From assembly GCA_963735805.1 (NCBI GenBank), contig CAVTMK010000002.1, positions 96,001-160,000 on the forward strand: a stretch of DNA of 64,000 bases, written 5' to 3'. Origin of the DNA: an uncultured Verrucomicrobiae bacterium (GTDB taxonomy: Bacteria; Verrucomicrobiota; Verrucomicrobiia; Chthoniobacterales; UBA10450). Of the stretch, positions 30,298 through 40,440 are shown piece after piece. Under the pieces are notes generated by a model, which searched no databases, was not told where the DNA came from, and worked only from the letters and a program-made list of their open reading frames with translations. A program made the translations under genes and the position numbers. The number at the start of each line of letters is the position of its first letter. Within the stretch, counting starts at the first letter, position 1.

Positions 30298-31392
30298 GTG
30301 GATCATCCCGGTTACAAATTTCTCTTTAACGCGTTCGCCTTTGTGCTCGGTGCGGCGGTCGGATCGTTTTTGAACGTCTGCATTTATCGCTGGCCTGCCG
30401 ATCTTTCGATTAACAAGCCGCGCCGCTCTTTCTGTCCAGCCTGCAAACAGGCGATCCCATGGCACCAGAATCTGCCCTTGATCAGTTGGATTTTGCTCGG
30501 CGGTCGCTGCGCAAATTGCGGCGCGAAAATAGCCTTTCGCTATTTCGCGGTGGAACTGATCACCGCACTCCTTTTTCTTGCGATCTGGCAAAGCTTTCCG
30601 TGGCAGACCGCAATTTCGTACTGGATTTTCGTTTCGCTTCTGATCGTTGGAACGTTTATCGATCTCGAACATTTTATCATTCCAGATCGTGTTACCATTG
30701 GGGGAATTGTTGCGGGCGTGGTTTGCAGCGTAGCGGTGCCAGCTTTGATGGAGACGGATTCGCGGATCGCAGCATGCGTTCGCTCACTTCTTGCCGCGGC
30801 GCTTGGTTACGTAATCTTGTGGATTGTTCTTGAGGTGGGCAAAGTCGCCTTTGGAAGAAAGAGGATTCAATTCGACGCCCCAACAACGTTCACGTGGACG
30901 AAACGCGGAGACGACGCCGATTTTATCGTCGGCGCCGAGGAAAGCCTGTGGAGCGATTATTTTGCCCGGGAAAAAGATCGCTTATTGCTTGATTGTGATG
31001 AGGTCGTGGTCGACCACCGCCCTTATGGGAACGTGACCCTGGACTTCCGGTATGATCGCGTCACGGCTGAAGGACAGGTGACGATGCTGGACGATGTGAC
31101 GCAGATTTCCGGCGTGACGCGTGAACTTGTGATTCCTCGCGAGGCAATGGGCCGGGGCGACTTAAAGTTCCTCGCTGCGATTGGCGCGTTCCTTGGCTGG
31201 CGTGCGGTGCTGTTTAGTCTCTTCGCGGGATCGCTGGTTGGTTCGGTTGTCGGCCTGATCACGCTCCTCATCGGAAAACGGGTTTGGTCAGCCAAGCTGC
31301 CCTTTGGGCCTTACCTGGCGTTCGGTGCGCTAAGCTGGATGTTTTTTGGCGAAGTTTTTCTGAATTGGTACGCACGACTGCTGAGTCCCTAA
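30298..31392 (+). CDS. pilD: Prepilin peptidase / N-methyltransferase with large soluble insertion
   Basis: GSFLNVCIYR, two CxxC pairs, FIDLEH, AMGRGDLK, LPFGPYL. Confidence 0.88.
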   Translation: MDHPGYKFLFNAFAFVLGAAVGSFLNVCIYRWPADLSINKPRRSFCPACKQAIPWHQNLPLISWILLGGRCANCGAKIAFRYFAVELITALLFLAIWQSFPWQTAISYWIFVSLLIVGTFIDLEHFIIPDRVTIGGIVAGVVCSVAVPALMETDSRIAACVRSLLAAALGYVILWIVLEVGKVAFGRKRIQFDAPTTFTWTKRGDDADFIVGAEESLWSDYFAREKDRLLLDCDEVVVDHRPYGNVTLDFRYDRVTAEGQVTMLDDVTQISGVTRELVIPREAMGRGDLKFLAAIGAFLGWRAVLFSLFAGSLVGSVVGLITLLIGKRVWSAKLPFGPYLAFGALSWMFFGEVFLNWYARLLSP

Positions 31393-31422
31393 GTCATATG
31401 GAAGCGCACAGCGCGACCGCCA

Positions 31423-31452
31423 AATCCTACTCCTATTCCTAATCCTCTTCTT
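31423..31452 (+). repeat. Degenerate hexamer array, left flank of the four-helix-bundle gene
   Basis: aatcct actcct attcct aatcct cttctt; inverted counterpart at 31869-31898. Confidence 0.6.
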
Positions 31453-31455
31453 CCG

Positions 31456-31955
31456 ATGCACACGTTGCTTGATCACGAAAAGCTGGAAGTTTATCAAACC
31501 TCGCTTGAGTTCATCACATGGACCGTCCATTTGTTGGAAGACTTGCCCGGGAAGGCTGCCGTTCGCAACCAGCTTGATCGTGCCTCGACGTCGGTTCCCT
31601 TGAACATTGCTGAGGGAAACGGGAAGTTCACGTCTCTCGATCGCTGTCGATTCTTCGATAACGCGCGCGGTTCCGCGCTGGAATCAGCCGGGTGTCTCGA
31701 TGTGATAGTCGCAAAAAAGTTCGTTAGTGCGACTGAAGTGCAAGTGGTAAGGCAATGCTCGTGAAAATTGTGTTAATGCTATTCGGACTGATTCGGGCAA
31801 ATTCTGACGTGCGGATTTTCGAAGAGCCAAGTCGCTATCGCCGCGCAATGTCACAGAAAAAGGAAGGTAAGAGCAGGAATAAGAATACGAATAGGAGGTC
31901 GGATCCAATCACCACTGAATTGCGCGCGTGCGGGTTGCGCTTCAAAGGTTGGTAA
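31456..31955 (+). pseudogene. Four-helix-bundle (23S rRNA IVP/bAvd-like) protein, frameshifted near 31745
   Basis: HEKLEVYQ, QLDRASTSVPLNIAEGNG, ARGSALE; helix 4 GKAMLVKIVLML continues in another frame. Confidence 0.75.
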
Positions 31956-31966
31956 CCTCGTCGAAA

Positions 31967-33115
31967 ATGATCTTCATCAACACGCGCTTGATTTTTCCTG
32001 ACGGTATTCGTGATGGCCTTGAGCTCGTTGTTGAAAACGGAAAAATCTCCGCAATCGACAAGAAGACCCACAAACAAGGGAAAGAGACTGTCGATCTTCG
32101 CGGGAATTATCTCGCGCCCGGCTTCATTGATCTCCACGTCCACGGCGCGATGGGGCGCGACACTATGGAAGGCTGCACGGAGGCGTTTCAAACCATCTGC
32201 GAGTATCATGCCAGCGGCGGCACGACTTCGCTTTTGCTGACAACGGCGACCGCGCCGCTCGATAGCATAGCAGATGTTCTCAATGCCGTCGGTGACTGTC
32301 GCCGTTCGATCAAACGGATTGCGGGTGTCCATGTCGAGGGGCCGTTTATTTCGAAGGACAAATGTGGCGCGCAACGCGCTGAATTTATCCAAAATCCCTC
32401 GCAAGCTTCAGTCCAGCAACTACTCGACCACGCAGACGTGATAAAGCGAATTACCATCGCACCCGAGTTACAGGGAGCGCCTGGGGCAATTGAGAATTTC
32501 CACGCGCACCGCATCAGTGTCAGCGGAGGCCATAGTGATGCATGGGACGAGGAGGCACGAGAAGGTTTCGCCCGAGGTATGCGTAGCGTTACACACACTT
32601 TCAACTGCATGTCGAGCGCGCGTCACCGTGGCATTTATCGTGTTGGTGGTTTACTCGAGTTTGCATTAAGCGAGCCGCAGATCAGTTGCGAACTGATCGC
32701 CGACGGTCATCACGTTTCCGGGACGTTGATGAAAATGCTGTATCGCGCAAAAGGCGCTGGCGGGATTTGTCTGGTAACCGATGCCACCGCCGGGGCTGGA
32801 TTGCCGAGCGGATCGCGTTTCTCACTTTTCGGAAAGGATTGCCTCGTAGAAGATGGTGTTTGTTTGCTTGCCGACCGCTCAGCGCTTGCCGGTAGCGCTT
32901 CACGCATGATCGACCTTGTGCGCACGATGGTCGCGAAAGTAGACATTCCATTGCATGAAGCCGTTATGATGGCGACGCAAAGTCCTGCGCGTGCCGTGAA
33001 CCTAGAAGCAAAAGGCCGCCTCGAGATCGGCGCAGATGCAGATTTGGTTGTTCTCTCGCCGCAATTGGAGGTCGTGCAAACGTTCGCTTGTGGCGAGGAA
33101 ATCTGGACCGATTAA
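31967..33115 (+). CDS. nagA: N-acetylglucosamine-6-phosphate deacetylase
   Basis: PGFIDLHVHG, HVEGPF, THTFNCM, IADGHH, VTDA, LAGS. Confidence 0.93.
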   Translation: MIFINTRLIFPDGIRDGLELVVENGKISAIDKKTHKQGKETVDLRGNYLAPGFIDLHVHGAMGRDTMEGCTEAFQTICEYHASGGTTSLLLTTATAPLDSIADVLNAVGDCRRSIKRIAGVHVEGPFISKDKCGAQRAEFIQNPSQASVQQLLDHADVIKRITIAPELQGAPGAIENFHAHRISVSGGHSDAWDEEAREGFARGMRSVTHTFNCMSSARHRGIYRVGGLLEFALSEPQISCELIADGHHVSGTLMKMLYRAKGAGGICLVTDATAGAGLPSGSRFSLFGKDCLVEDGVCLLADRSALAGSASRMIDLVRTMVAKVDIPLHEAVMMATQSPARAVNLEAKGRLEIGADADLVVLSPQLEVVQTFACGEEIWTD

Positions 33116-33135
33116 CTCAGCGATCTAATACGAAG

Positions 33136-34236
33136 TTAGATCGATATTAGGAACTCCGCGATATCAAGCGAAGCACGCGGCCGGCTGAGCTTGCTGATAT
33201 TCGTGGACCATTCGTGCCATTGTCGTGCGCTGTCGGCAAACGTGCGTTGCACCTCTGCAATGACCTCTCGCGGCGAATTTGCGATGGCACCCGAATTTGT
33301 CTCGACGATCAGCCGGGCGTTGCCTTCCTCCTGCCCGGCGACGACATAATTGATGATCATCGGACAACCAGCAGCGATCGTTTCCTGCACCGTTGCGCCC
33401 CCGGCCTTTCCGATGAGCAAATGACTCTCATGAAGCATGCGGGCAAGGTCATCGGTCCAACCAACGACCTTTGCCCTGTCCCCGACAGCGGCTTGGATCT
33501 CCGGCAGGAGTGTGTCGGCACGGCCGATGGTCACGGTGAGATCGACTCCCAGATCGGAAAGTCGCTGCGCTAGTTCGGGTGCGCCGCGAGTGGCCGCATG
33601 TATCATGTATAAAACGCGGTGATTGGAGTTGGCTGGAGGCAATATCCGATTCAACTCCGCGGCGTCAGCAAATTTCGGACTTACTGGAAAACCGAACACC
33701 TTGATTTTTTGCGGTGCCACCCCCGTTTCTCTCAAGACGGAGGCGCTCTGTTCGTTCGCAACGATGAAATAGTCTGCGCCGCATCGATACCATACTGAGT
33801 TGATGGTGATTGAATCCGTGATTACGACAACGGTTTTGGAGGTGCGAAAGCAATCGGCGTTTCGTTCTTGAATTTGACGAAGCAGATTCGGATAGGCTGG
33901 AAAAGTACAAATCATCACGTCCGGTTGAAAACGCTCCAGCAATACGGCGAAGTGATCCTCGAGCCGCGAGAATCGCGCGAATTCTGCATCGAAATCCTTT
34001 TTGCGATCGAGCCAGCGGTAAACGGCGCCCCAGGCGCCAGGTGCGAAATTAACCAGCGCCAGATAGCTTTTTCGCACGAGCTCGTTCACCGGCCCGTAGG
34101 CTTCCGCAAACAAGTCGTGTAATTCGACCTCTGTCCCTTCTGGGGCAACGCGAGCCAGACCATCGCGAATTCCTCGCGCAGCGCTGTTGTGACCTTCCCC
34201 GAAACTCGCCGTGAGGATCAATATTCGTTTTTTCAC
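33136..34236 (-). CDS. MGDG synthase / UgtP-like glycosyltransferase (GT28)
   Basis: TASFGEGHNSAA, VVITD, KAGGATVQE, GQEEGN. Confidence 0.85.
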   Translation of the reverse strand: MKKRILILTASFGEGHNSAARGIRDGLARVAPEGTEVELHDLFAEAYGPVNELVRKSYLALVNFAPGAWGAVYRWLDRKKDFDAEFARFSRLEDHFAVLLERFQPDVMICTFPAYPNLLRQIQERNADCFRTSKTVVVITDSITINSVWYRCGADYFIVANEQSASVLRETGVAPQKIKVFGFPVSPKFADAAELNRILPPANSNHRVLYMIHAATRGAPELAQRLSDLGVDLTVTIGRADTLLPEIQAAVGDRAKVVGWTDDLARMLHESHLLIGKAGGATVQETIAAGCPMIINYVVAGQEEGNARLIVETNSGAIANSPREVIAEVQRTFADSARQWHEWSTNISKLSRPRASLDIAEFLISI

Positions 34237-34272
34237 GCAGCCTCAGGGTCGCACTGGCGAGCCATTTCGTAA

Positions 34273-34398
34273 TGTCATTCCGATCCCGCAGGCGCGGGAG
34301 AAGAATCCCGGATCATTGGTGAGAAGGTACGCCCAGTAGTCGTGCCTACGCGTGCAGTGGGAAATACTCGGAGAGGTTTCGCTTCGTTTAGCATGACA
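34273..34398. repeat. Diverged family A palindromic element
   Basis: tgtcattccga...gaagaatccc ... gagaggtttcgcttcgtttagcatgaca. Confidence 0.55.
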
Positions 34399-34451
34399 GT
34401 GGAGCGAGTTTAATGGATATTTGGATCGGGCAAAGTAAACTCTGGATGGAG

Positions 34452-35343
34452 ATGAAATATCTCGGGTTCATTTGGCGCGTACTTCGCCGTTTGGTCTGGG
34501 AAACGGCAACCGACACCACGACCGGGTTGGCCGCCCAGATGGCGTATCTGCTTCTTTTTGCGTTGGCACCGGGATCGCTGTTCCTCTGGCATCTGCTGGG
34601 TTTGTTCGGGTACTGACCCGACGAAGTTGCATCGGATGTTTCTTCTCTTGAAAAGCTTCATGCCGCCAGACCCGAAAGTGCAGGACATTCTGGATTCTGC
34701 GATGGCGAATGTGGTGGTGACAGGCTCGAGTGGACTGCTCGCGAACGCGGGCATTATCCTCGGAATTTATTGCGGCACGGTCTTCATTGCGACCACCTCA
34801 CGCGCCCTCAGCCACACCTACGGAATGCGGGAAGATCCCCATTGGTGGTCGAAGTATATCATCTCATTTTTCATGCTGTTTTGGTTTGGGATCGTCATTG
34901 TGTTCTCCTTCAACGCAATCGTCTTTGGCGAACGCCTGGCCGGTCTTGCAGAAGTCAATTTTCAGCTGGCCTTTCCGTTGCAAGCGTGGATCGCCACGCT
35001 GAATTTGCCTTTTACATTTGTGGCGCTGGTACTTCTCGCGCTGGTATTGTACCTGTTCACACCGGAAAATTATCTGACCTGGCGCCAGGCGTTGCCCGGC
35101 GCGATCTTCTTTTCGGTCGGCTGGATCATCGCGACGAAGCTTTTTCAGTTTTATGTAGCGAGATATGATCGCTATAACCCGACGTACCTCGCACTGGCGT
35201 CCATCATTGTGCTGCTCACCTGGATGTATCTGACTTGTCTGTTGCTTTTGCTGGGCGGCAAACTGAACGCCATTCTTCGGCGCGAACGCGAAAAAATGCG
35301 CCCGGCTGCGCCTGTTGCACCGGAACCAGTGGCGACGAGTTAA
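34452..35343 (+). pseudogene. YihY/BrkB family membrane protein with +1 frameshift at GGG 34608-34610
   Basis: GLAAQMAYLLLFALAP in one frame; LPGAIF, YNPTY..LASIIVLLTWMY in another; removing one G joins them. Confidence 0.75.
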
Positions 35344-35404
35344 AGAGTTACAAGGTTAAAAGGGAAGCGATGATCAACGTTTGTAACTTTTTTAAACGAA
35401 TCCA

Positions 35405-36763
35405 TTGATCGCGCCGCGCGCTCTGTTACGGTCCGTCGCAGTGGTGCGCTTTCGCATTTGGCTCACAACTGCGCTCGCCTCTGGCGCAATCGTTGCAGGT
35501 CTCCTTCGCGCGCAGGTCAGCGACGAAGAAAAAAGCCGACACGACGAATCCGAACAAACCGAGACGCATTCTTCGCCGGTCCCAAAATCCAAAAAATCTT
35601 CGAGCCCGGCGGCGAAAGCCTCGAAGGACAAATCGGAAAAGAAACACAGGATTCCTGCACGCAACGCTTCGCATAGCGATGCAGGTGGGTCTGCAACCCC
35701 GGAAAAAGCGCCAACGGCTATTCCTCACGCAAAATTAGCGAAAGAAGAGTCGACCGACGATAGCGCGTCGCAGGACGAACGGGAATCTCCACGACCTCGC
35801 AAAGCAAAACTGGCGCCAAAATCTGGCGACGACGAAAAGCCAACACCCCGGGAGACGCCTGAGCACGGCGCTTCATCAAAATCAAAGAGGCATCACACCC
35901 CTACGCCCAAACCGAAAACGGCGAAGAAAAAATCCCAAGAGAAAGATGCCTCAGGCAAATCGAAGAAGACGGGGAAAACCAAGACTGCACAACAAGAAGA
36001 GGAAACACCGAAGCCCAAAAAATCGCCAACACCCAGCGAGGAAGAGAGGGCGTCGTCAGAGAGCTCGCCACAAGCGCGGGCTATTGCCGTGCCCACGCCG
36101 GCGCCAACGCCGCAATCAAAAGCTGCAAGCACTGTCGGACGCGGCGAGCGAGCTCAGGTTGTGATCGAAAAGTCCGGTATTGAGGAAGATCAGGGCTTTG
36201 AGCCACCGCCATCACCTCCGCCGAGACGAGGTTTCTGGCCATGGTCCCACAGCTCGGGCAACTATCGTTATTTAACCCGATCCGTGATCGACGCGATCCG
36301 ACGCGCGCCAGTTAAACGGCGTCGCTGGCAATTCATCGTGGTGCATAATAGCGGCACGCGGCAGGGAAACGCCCGCGTCTTCGATTATTACCATCGGCAT
36401 GTCCGCCGGATGCAGAATGGTCTCGCCTATCATTTCGTCATTGGGAATGGAACATCCACGGGGAACGGCCAAATCGAAATAGGCGATCGCTGGCGCCGCC
36501 AGATCAATGGCGGGCATGTGCACAGCGATTATCTAAACAACATCTCACTCGGTATTTGTCTGGTAGGCGATTTCAATCGCGACCAGCCAACGCGCGCGCA
36601 GCTTGACTCATGTGAGGAACTCATCCGCTATCTGCGAGAACGTTGCGGCAAAACCGACAGAGGCACGATTCCTGTGCGGCCACACCGTGAAATGAATCCA
36701 CCCCGTTGGCCGACCGATTGCCCGGGAGACGATTTTCCGTACTCGTGGTTTCGCAGGTTTTAA
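35405..36763 (+). CDS. Amidase_2/PGRP-like N-acetylmuramoyl-L-alanine amidase with long charged disordered N-terminus
   Basis: IVVHNS, LAYHFVIGNG, GICLVGDF, HR...TDCPG; start uncertain. Confidence 0.85.
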   Translation: MIAPRALLRSVAVVRFRIWLTTALASGAIVAGLLRAQVSDEEKSRHDESEQTETHSSPVPKSKKSSSPAAKASKDKSEKKHRIPARNASHSDAGGSATPEKAPTAIPHAKLAKEESTDDSASQDERESPRPRKAKLAPKSGDDEKPTPRETPEHGASSKSKRHHTPTPKPKTAKKKSQEKDASGKSKKTGKTKTAQQEEETPKPKKSPTPSEEERASSESSPQARAIAVPTPAPTPQSKAASTVGRGERAQVVIEKSGIEEDQGFEPPPSPPPRRGFWPWSHSSGNYRYLTRSVIDAIRRAPVKRRRWQFIVVHNSGTRQGNARVFDYYHRHVRRMQNGLAYHFVIGNGTSTGNGQIEIGDRWRRQINGGHVHSDYLNNISLGICLVGDFNRDQPTRAQLDSCEELIRYLRERCGKTDRGTIPVRPHREMNPPRWPTDCPGDDFPYSWFRRF

Positions 36764-36783
36764 GGGTGAGGTTCGCGTTTCCT

Positions 36784-36859
36784 ATCATGTCGAGCGAACT
36801 CGAGATATCTCTAATTATTTCTGGAATAAAGAGATTCCTCGACTCCGCTCGGAATGACA
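36784..36859. repeat. Family A palindromic element between convergent genes
   Basis: tcatgtcgagcgaactcgagatatctct...agagattcctcgactccgctcggaatgaca (reverse orientation of the 4708 copy). Confidence 0.8.
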
Positions 36860-36869
36860 AAATCCATCG

Positions 36870-38024
36870 TCACTTCCGTTCCGCCAGGATTAAATTGGCT
36901 TCCTTGTAGTTCCAGCGATAACCGAATCCGAAGTCGAGCGGAGGAGGATTGCCTTGCCGAAAAATCTCCTGGAGCCTGGGCTGATAATGTTGTTTGAAGA
37001 TATCGAGTGGGCCGAGGTAAACGCCAAAAAGACGCAGGTTCCACTTGCTTGGATCGAAATAAGCAAGGGGAATTCCGGAATCGTCCTGCACGATCCGGTT
37101 GCTATGTTCGAGAATGAAATTCCGGATCGTCGCGAAACCCTGTTCGAACATGAGATACGACGAAGATTTCAGAAAACTCGAGCCGGTTCCAAGTCGTTGA
37201 CAAAATTTCAAGAACCCGGGCGCTGACTTGATACCGCCATCGGAAATATCGGTCGTGAAATAATACAATGTTTGTGAATTGCCCGATTGATTGTCGGTAT
37301 AACGGATTCGCACTCCGGGAGTGCTGCCGCCTTTTTTTCCGGGGGCGGCCTCTTCAAATGCCCCGTTGCTGTTGAGCGAGCCAAAGCTCACGTTCGTGAT
37401 CGATTTGTCGGCGCGCACGATAAAAACATAGAGAATCGGCAACACGCCATTCAGGTTTTGTTGTTGCAGATCAACCTTCATGTCTTTGGTGATGAAGTAG
37501 GTCGTGTTGAGCGAGGACCTCATCGCATTTTCGAGATTTCCCAGCGCCCCGGCGAGATTCGCAATGCGCAACGGATCGGGCGGCGGCCCCATTGATTCCT
37601 TCCCACAAAGCACGTACACCGAAGCGTTGGGGAAGAATTGATCGACGTACAAGAAATCCGGTCCACTGAACATATAAAATGCGACCGGAGTCGGCTGCTG
37701 CGCCAGCTCAGGAAGATAGGTGGCCTCCCACGCGTGCAGCTTTTGAAGTTGGCGGAGATTCAGCTTGGAGAACTCCTTTTCAAAAAACGCGGAGTGTTCC
37801 TGCCAAGCCGGATCGCGTGTGAGCGGTGCGAGCGGAGAATTCTCCGGAACGGGCATCCCGGCAAGGAAGCGCGCGATATCGTTGGGACCCGCCATGGCCG
37901 CCTGTGGTGGCGGTCTGACGGGAATCGCGCGAGGCGCAATTTGTGGATTTTCCTGCGCGGAAGCACCAATGGCTGCTGCGGCGGTCAGTCCGATGATCAA
38001 CAAGGTCAGGTTTCTTTTCATCAT
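36870..38024 (-). CDS. Conserved secreted hypothetical protein
   Basis: Signal peptide; FYMFSGPDFLY, FLKSSSYLM, VQDDSGIP; ATGA-coupled to the permease. Confidence 0.75.
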   Translation of the reverse strand: MMKRNLTLLIIGLTAAAAIGASAQENPQIAPRAIPVRPPPQAAMAGPNDIARFLAGMPVPENSPLAPLTRDPAWQEHSAFFEKEFSKLNLRQLQKLHAWEATYLPELAQQPTPVAFYMFSGPDFLYVDQFFPNASVYVLCGKESMGPPPDPLRIANLAGALGNLENAMRSSLNTTYFITKDMKVDLQQQNLNGVLPILYVFIVRADKSITNVSFGSLNSNGAFEEAAPGKKGGSTPGVRIRYTDNQSGNSQTLYYFTTDISDGGIKSAPGFLKFCQRLGTGSSFLKSSSYLMFEQGFATIRNFILEHSNRIVQDDSGIPLAYFDPSKWNLRLFGVYLGPLDIFKQHYQPRLQEIFRQGNPPPLDFGFGYRWNYKEANLILAERK

Positions 38025-39418
38025 GAGCGTTGTGGACGCCTTCGCGCGCAAAAATAGAGCAACAGACCAACGAATGCGGTTGCGAGTCCCGCGAGCGATT
38101 GAATGGTCTTCGAAAGTAACAGGTAAAACATCATCCAAAGGGTGATGGCGGAGAAGATAGCCGGGGGTATCGGATAAGCCCAAACCCGGTAAGGCCGTGC
38201 TATTTCCGGACGCGTCGCACGCAGCACCATCACGCCCACCACGGTAAACAGCGAGCAGAGCAACAAGCTAAACTGGGTGTATTGCACCACGCTCTCAAAA
38301 CTGCGCGTGAGCAAAAGCACATTGACGATGAGCAATTGGAGTACCATCGCGTTGGTGGGAATGCCGTGAGAATTCTTCCGGCCAAGCGTTCGCAACAACC
38401 AATGATCTTCGCCCATCGACATGCTGACGCGCGGTCCGATCCACGTCATCGAGCTGATTGCGGAAACCAGGCCGAGGCAAATTACCGCGCCGGCCACGCG
38501 TCCGCCGTTTGTTCCAAAAATATGTTTGCCCGCGATCAAGGCCACTTGAAGCTGGCCTTTCAGTTCCTGGACCGGCGTCGTGGCCAGGAAGACAGCGTTA
38601 AGTAGCACGTAGATCACGACCACAATGCCGGTTCCCATCAGCAATGAACGTGGCACATTTTTTTCCGGCTTCTTAATTTCGCCAGTGATATAGGCCGCTG
38701 CGTTCCAACCAGAGTATGAGTACATCACGTAAACCAGGGCCACTGCGAACGGCGCGCCGAAGATCGCGATCGTATCGCCGTGTGCGGGGAAGAAACTGAT
38801 GGGCTGCTTTGTGTTCGCAAACAATCCGGTGGTGATGAGGGCGCCAATCAGAAGCAATTTCACGAGCGTGGAGAGATTTTGAAACGCGCTGCCAATGCGG
38901 AGGTTTCCGAGATGAAAAGCCGTTACTACCCATACAACGACAAATGACAAAAGCACCGGCGAGCCGACTCCAAAGACGCCAACAAAATACTCCCCAAACG
39001 CCATCGCGGCGAGCGCGATAGGCGCAGCGAAACCAACTGTAGCGGAAATAAACCCCGCCATGAATCCGAACGCGGGATGATAGATTTGCGATAGAAAATT
39101 GTATTCCCCGCCAGAACGCGGGAGCGCGGCGCTGAGTTCGCCATAACAGAGGGCACCGCAAAGCGCCACGATTCCGCCAATGATCCAAAGCATGAGGAGC
39201 GGGAAGCCCGCCTGAATATCTACCAATTGAAAACCGAGACTGGTGAAGATGCCGGTGCCGATAATGTTGGCAATAACGATGGAAGATGCCGTGAGGAATC
39301 CAATAGTCCGCTTCGGAGGTCGGGACTTCACGGGTTCAGCGACTGTGGTCATCTCTGGATCGATAATCCCAAGATTATCGGGACTCGCGAATTCTTTCGA
39401 ATTGGTATTCAGGTTCAT
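38021..39418 (-). CDS. APC-family amino acid permease
   Basis: IIGTGIF, ELSAALPRSGGEY, YSYSGWN, RPYRV; about 12 TMs. Confidence 0.9.
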   Translation of the reverse strand: MNLNTNSKEFASPDNLGIIDPEMTTVAEPVKSRPPKRTIGFLTASSIVIANIIGTGIFTSLGFQLVDIQAGFPLLMLWIIGGIVALCGALCYGELSAALPRSGGEYNFLSQIYHPAFGFMAGFISATVGFAAPIALAAMAFGEYFVGVFGVGSPVLLSFVVVWVVTAFHLGNLRIGSAFQNLSTLVKLLLIGALITTGLFANTKQPISFFPAHGDTIAIFGAPFAVALVYVMYSYSGWNAAAYITGEIKKPEKNVPRSLLMGTGIVVVIYVLLNAVFLATTPVQELKGQLQVALIAGKHIFGTNGGRVAGAVICLGLVSAISSMTWIGPRVSMSMGEDHWLLRTLGRKNSHGIPTNAMVLQLLIVNVLLLTRSFESVVQYTQFSLLLCSLFTVVGVMVLRATRPEIARPYRVWAYPIPPAIFSAITLWMMFYLLLSKTIQSLAGLATAFVGLLLYFCARRRPQRS

Positions 39419-39562
39419 GATTGGTTCCGCGTCGGCGGAAACAAGTCGCGACATGCCGGTCGCGGTCGGAAAATTTGCTGATGGTTTAGAGTGAGGACGC
39501 AATCACGGCTTCGGATTTCCTGAGTTGTCAGAAACCATTCCCGGCATCACTTTGAACGTAAC

Positions 39563-39976
39563 ATGAACCCTTCGCTCTCCATCGAAACGGGCACCCAACT
39601 CGCGGTCTTTCTTGCAAATCGTCCGGGAGCGCTTGCGCGCGTGTGTGAAGCGCTGGCGAAAGCCGAAATTAATATCCACGCGCTGGCTACGTCCGACACA
39701 GTCGATCATACAGTGGTGCGCATGGTGGTAAGCGATCCAACGAAGGCGCTCATGCTCCTGGGCGAGGCGGGCACGCTCGCGCTGGAGACCGAAGTGTTGA
39801 TGATCGAAACCACGAGTCAACCAGGTGTCCTGGCGAAAATCGCCGAGCGCCTCGCAGAAGCCAAGGTCAATATCGAATACGCATATCTTGCCGGCGGCCG
39901 AGGTACTGAAAAGGGTCTGATGGTTTTGCGGCCGTCGGATGTCGAAAAAGCGATGCGTGTCCTTCAGGATTTGTAG
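39563..39976 (+). CDS. Tandem ACT domain protein
   Basis: QLAVFLANRPGAL and QPGVLAKI...NIEYAY. Confidence 0.85.
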   Translation: MNPSLSIETGTQLAVFLANRPGALARVCEALAKAEINIHALATSDTVDHTVVRMVVSDPTKALMLLGEAGTLALETEVLMIETTSQPGVLAKIAERLAEAKVNIEYAYLAGGRGTEKGLMVLRPSDVEKAMRVLQDL

Positions 39977-39978
39977 GG

Positions 39979-40332
39979 CTAGCTCTCATCAATTTGCCCG
40001 GACCTTGAACGCTGATCGTGGTCAGCTTCGTCGATGCCTTCCTGAATTAATTTCTCCGGGATGTTGTCCTCATCTTCGGGACGCACCGTCGGAGCTTTCT
40101 CGCCGGACGATACAAGTGGCGTGTACCAATCGCGATCCGGTTCCTCGCTCGTCGGCGTCTTTTCCGGGCCGCCGGTCAGGTCCCCGCGCGCACGCGTCCG
40201 GTCGACGTCATTTGCTTCCGTACGTCCATCAGCCCGCGCCAGCTCGTGCGCGCGCCCTTCGATCATTTGCGGCGTGACAGCTCCTAGTCCTTCAATTCCA
40301 CGAAGGATTTTTCTCTGTTGTGTTTTACCCAT
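39979..40332 (-). CDS. Small acidic hypothetical protein
   Basis: IEGRAHELARADGR, EGIDEADHDQR; fits between neighbours. Confidence 0.6.
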   Translation of the reverse strand: MGKTQQRKILRGIEGLGAVTPQMIEGRAHELARADGRTEANDVDRTRARGDLTGGPEKTPTSEEPDRDWYTPLVSSGEKAPTVRPEDEDNIPEKLIQEGIDEADHDQRSRSGQIDES

Positions 40333-40385
40333 AGTTCTATTGAAAGTTCGCGTCGGATGCGGCCCGCGGCTGGGTTCCGTCGATG

Positions 40386-40422
40386 TAAAAAAAGCGCCCC
40401 GCCTTTCGGCGGAGCGCTTTTA
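40386..40422 (-). terminator. Rho-independent terminator, possibly bidirectional
   Basis: aaaagcgctccgcc-gaaa-ggcggggcgcttttttt on the minus strand. Confidence 0.85.
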
Positions 40423-40440
40423 TGCCGCGCACAGGCTGCG

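Noticed and set aside
29596..31392. 598-aa ORF as a large PilD fusion
   Set aside because: The N-terminal half is an off-frame overlap of tatC; PilD motifs start at GTG 30298.
31456..31955. Diversity-generating retroelement suggested by the Avd-like gene
   Set aside because: No reverse transcriptase and no TR/VR pair with adenine-specific mismatches seen.
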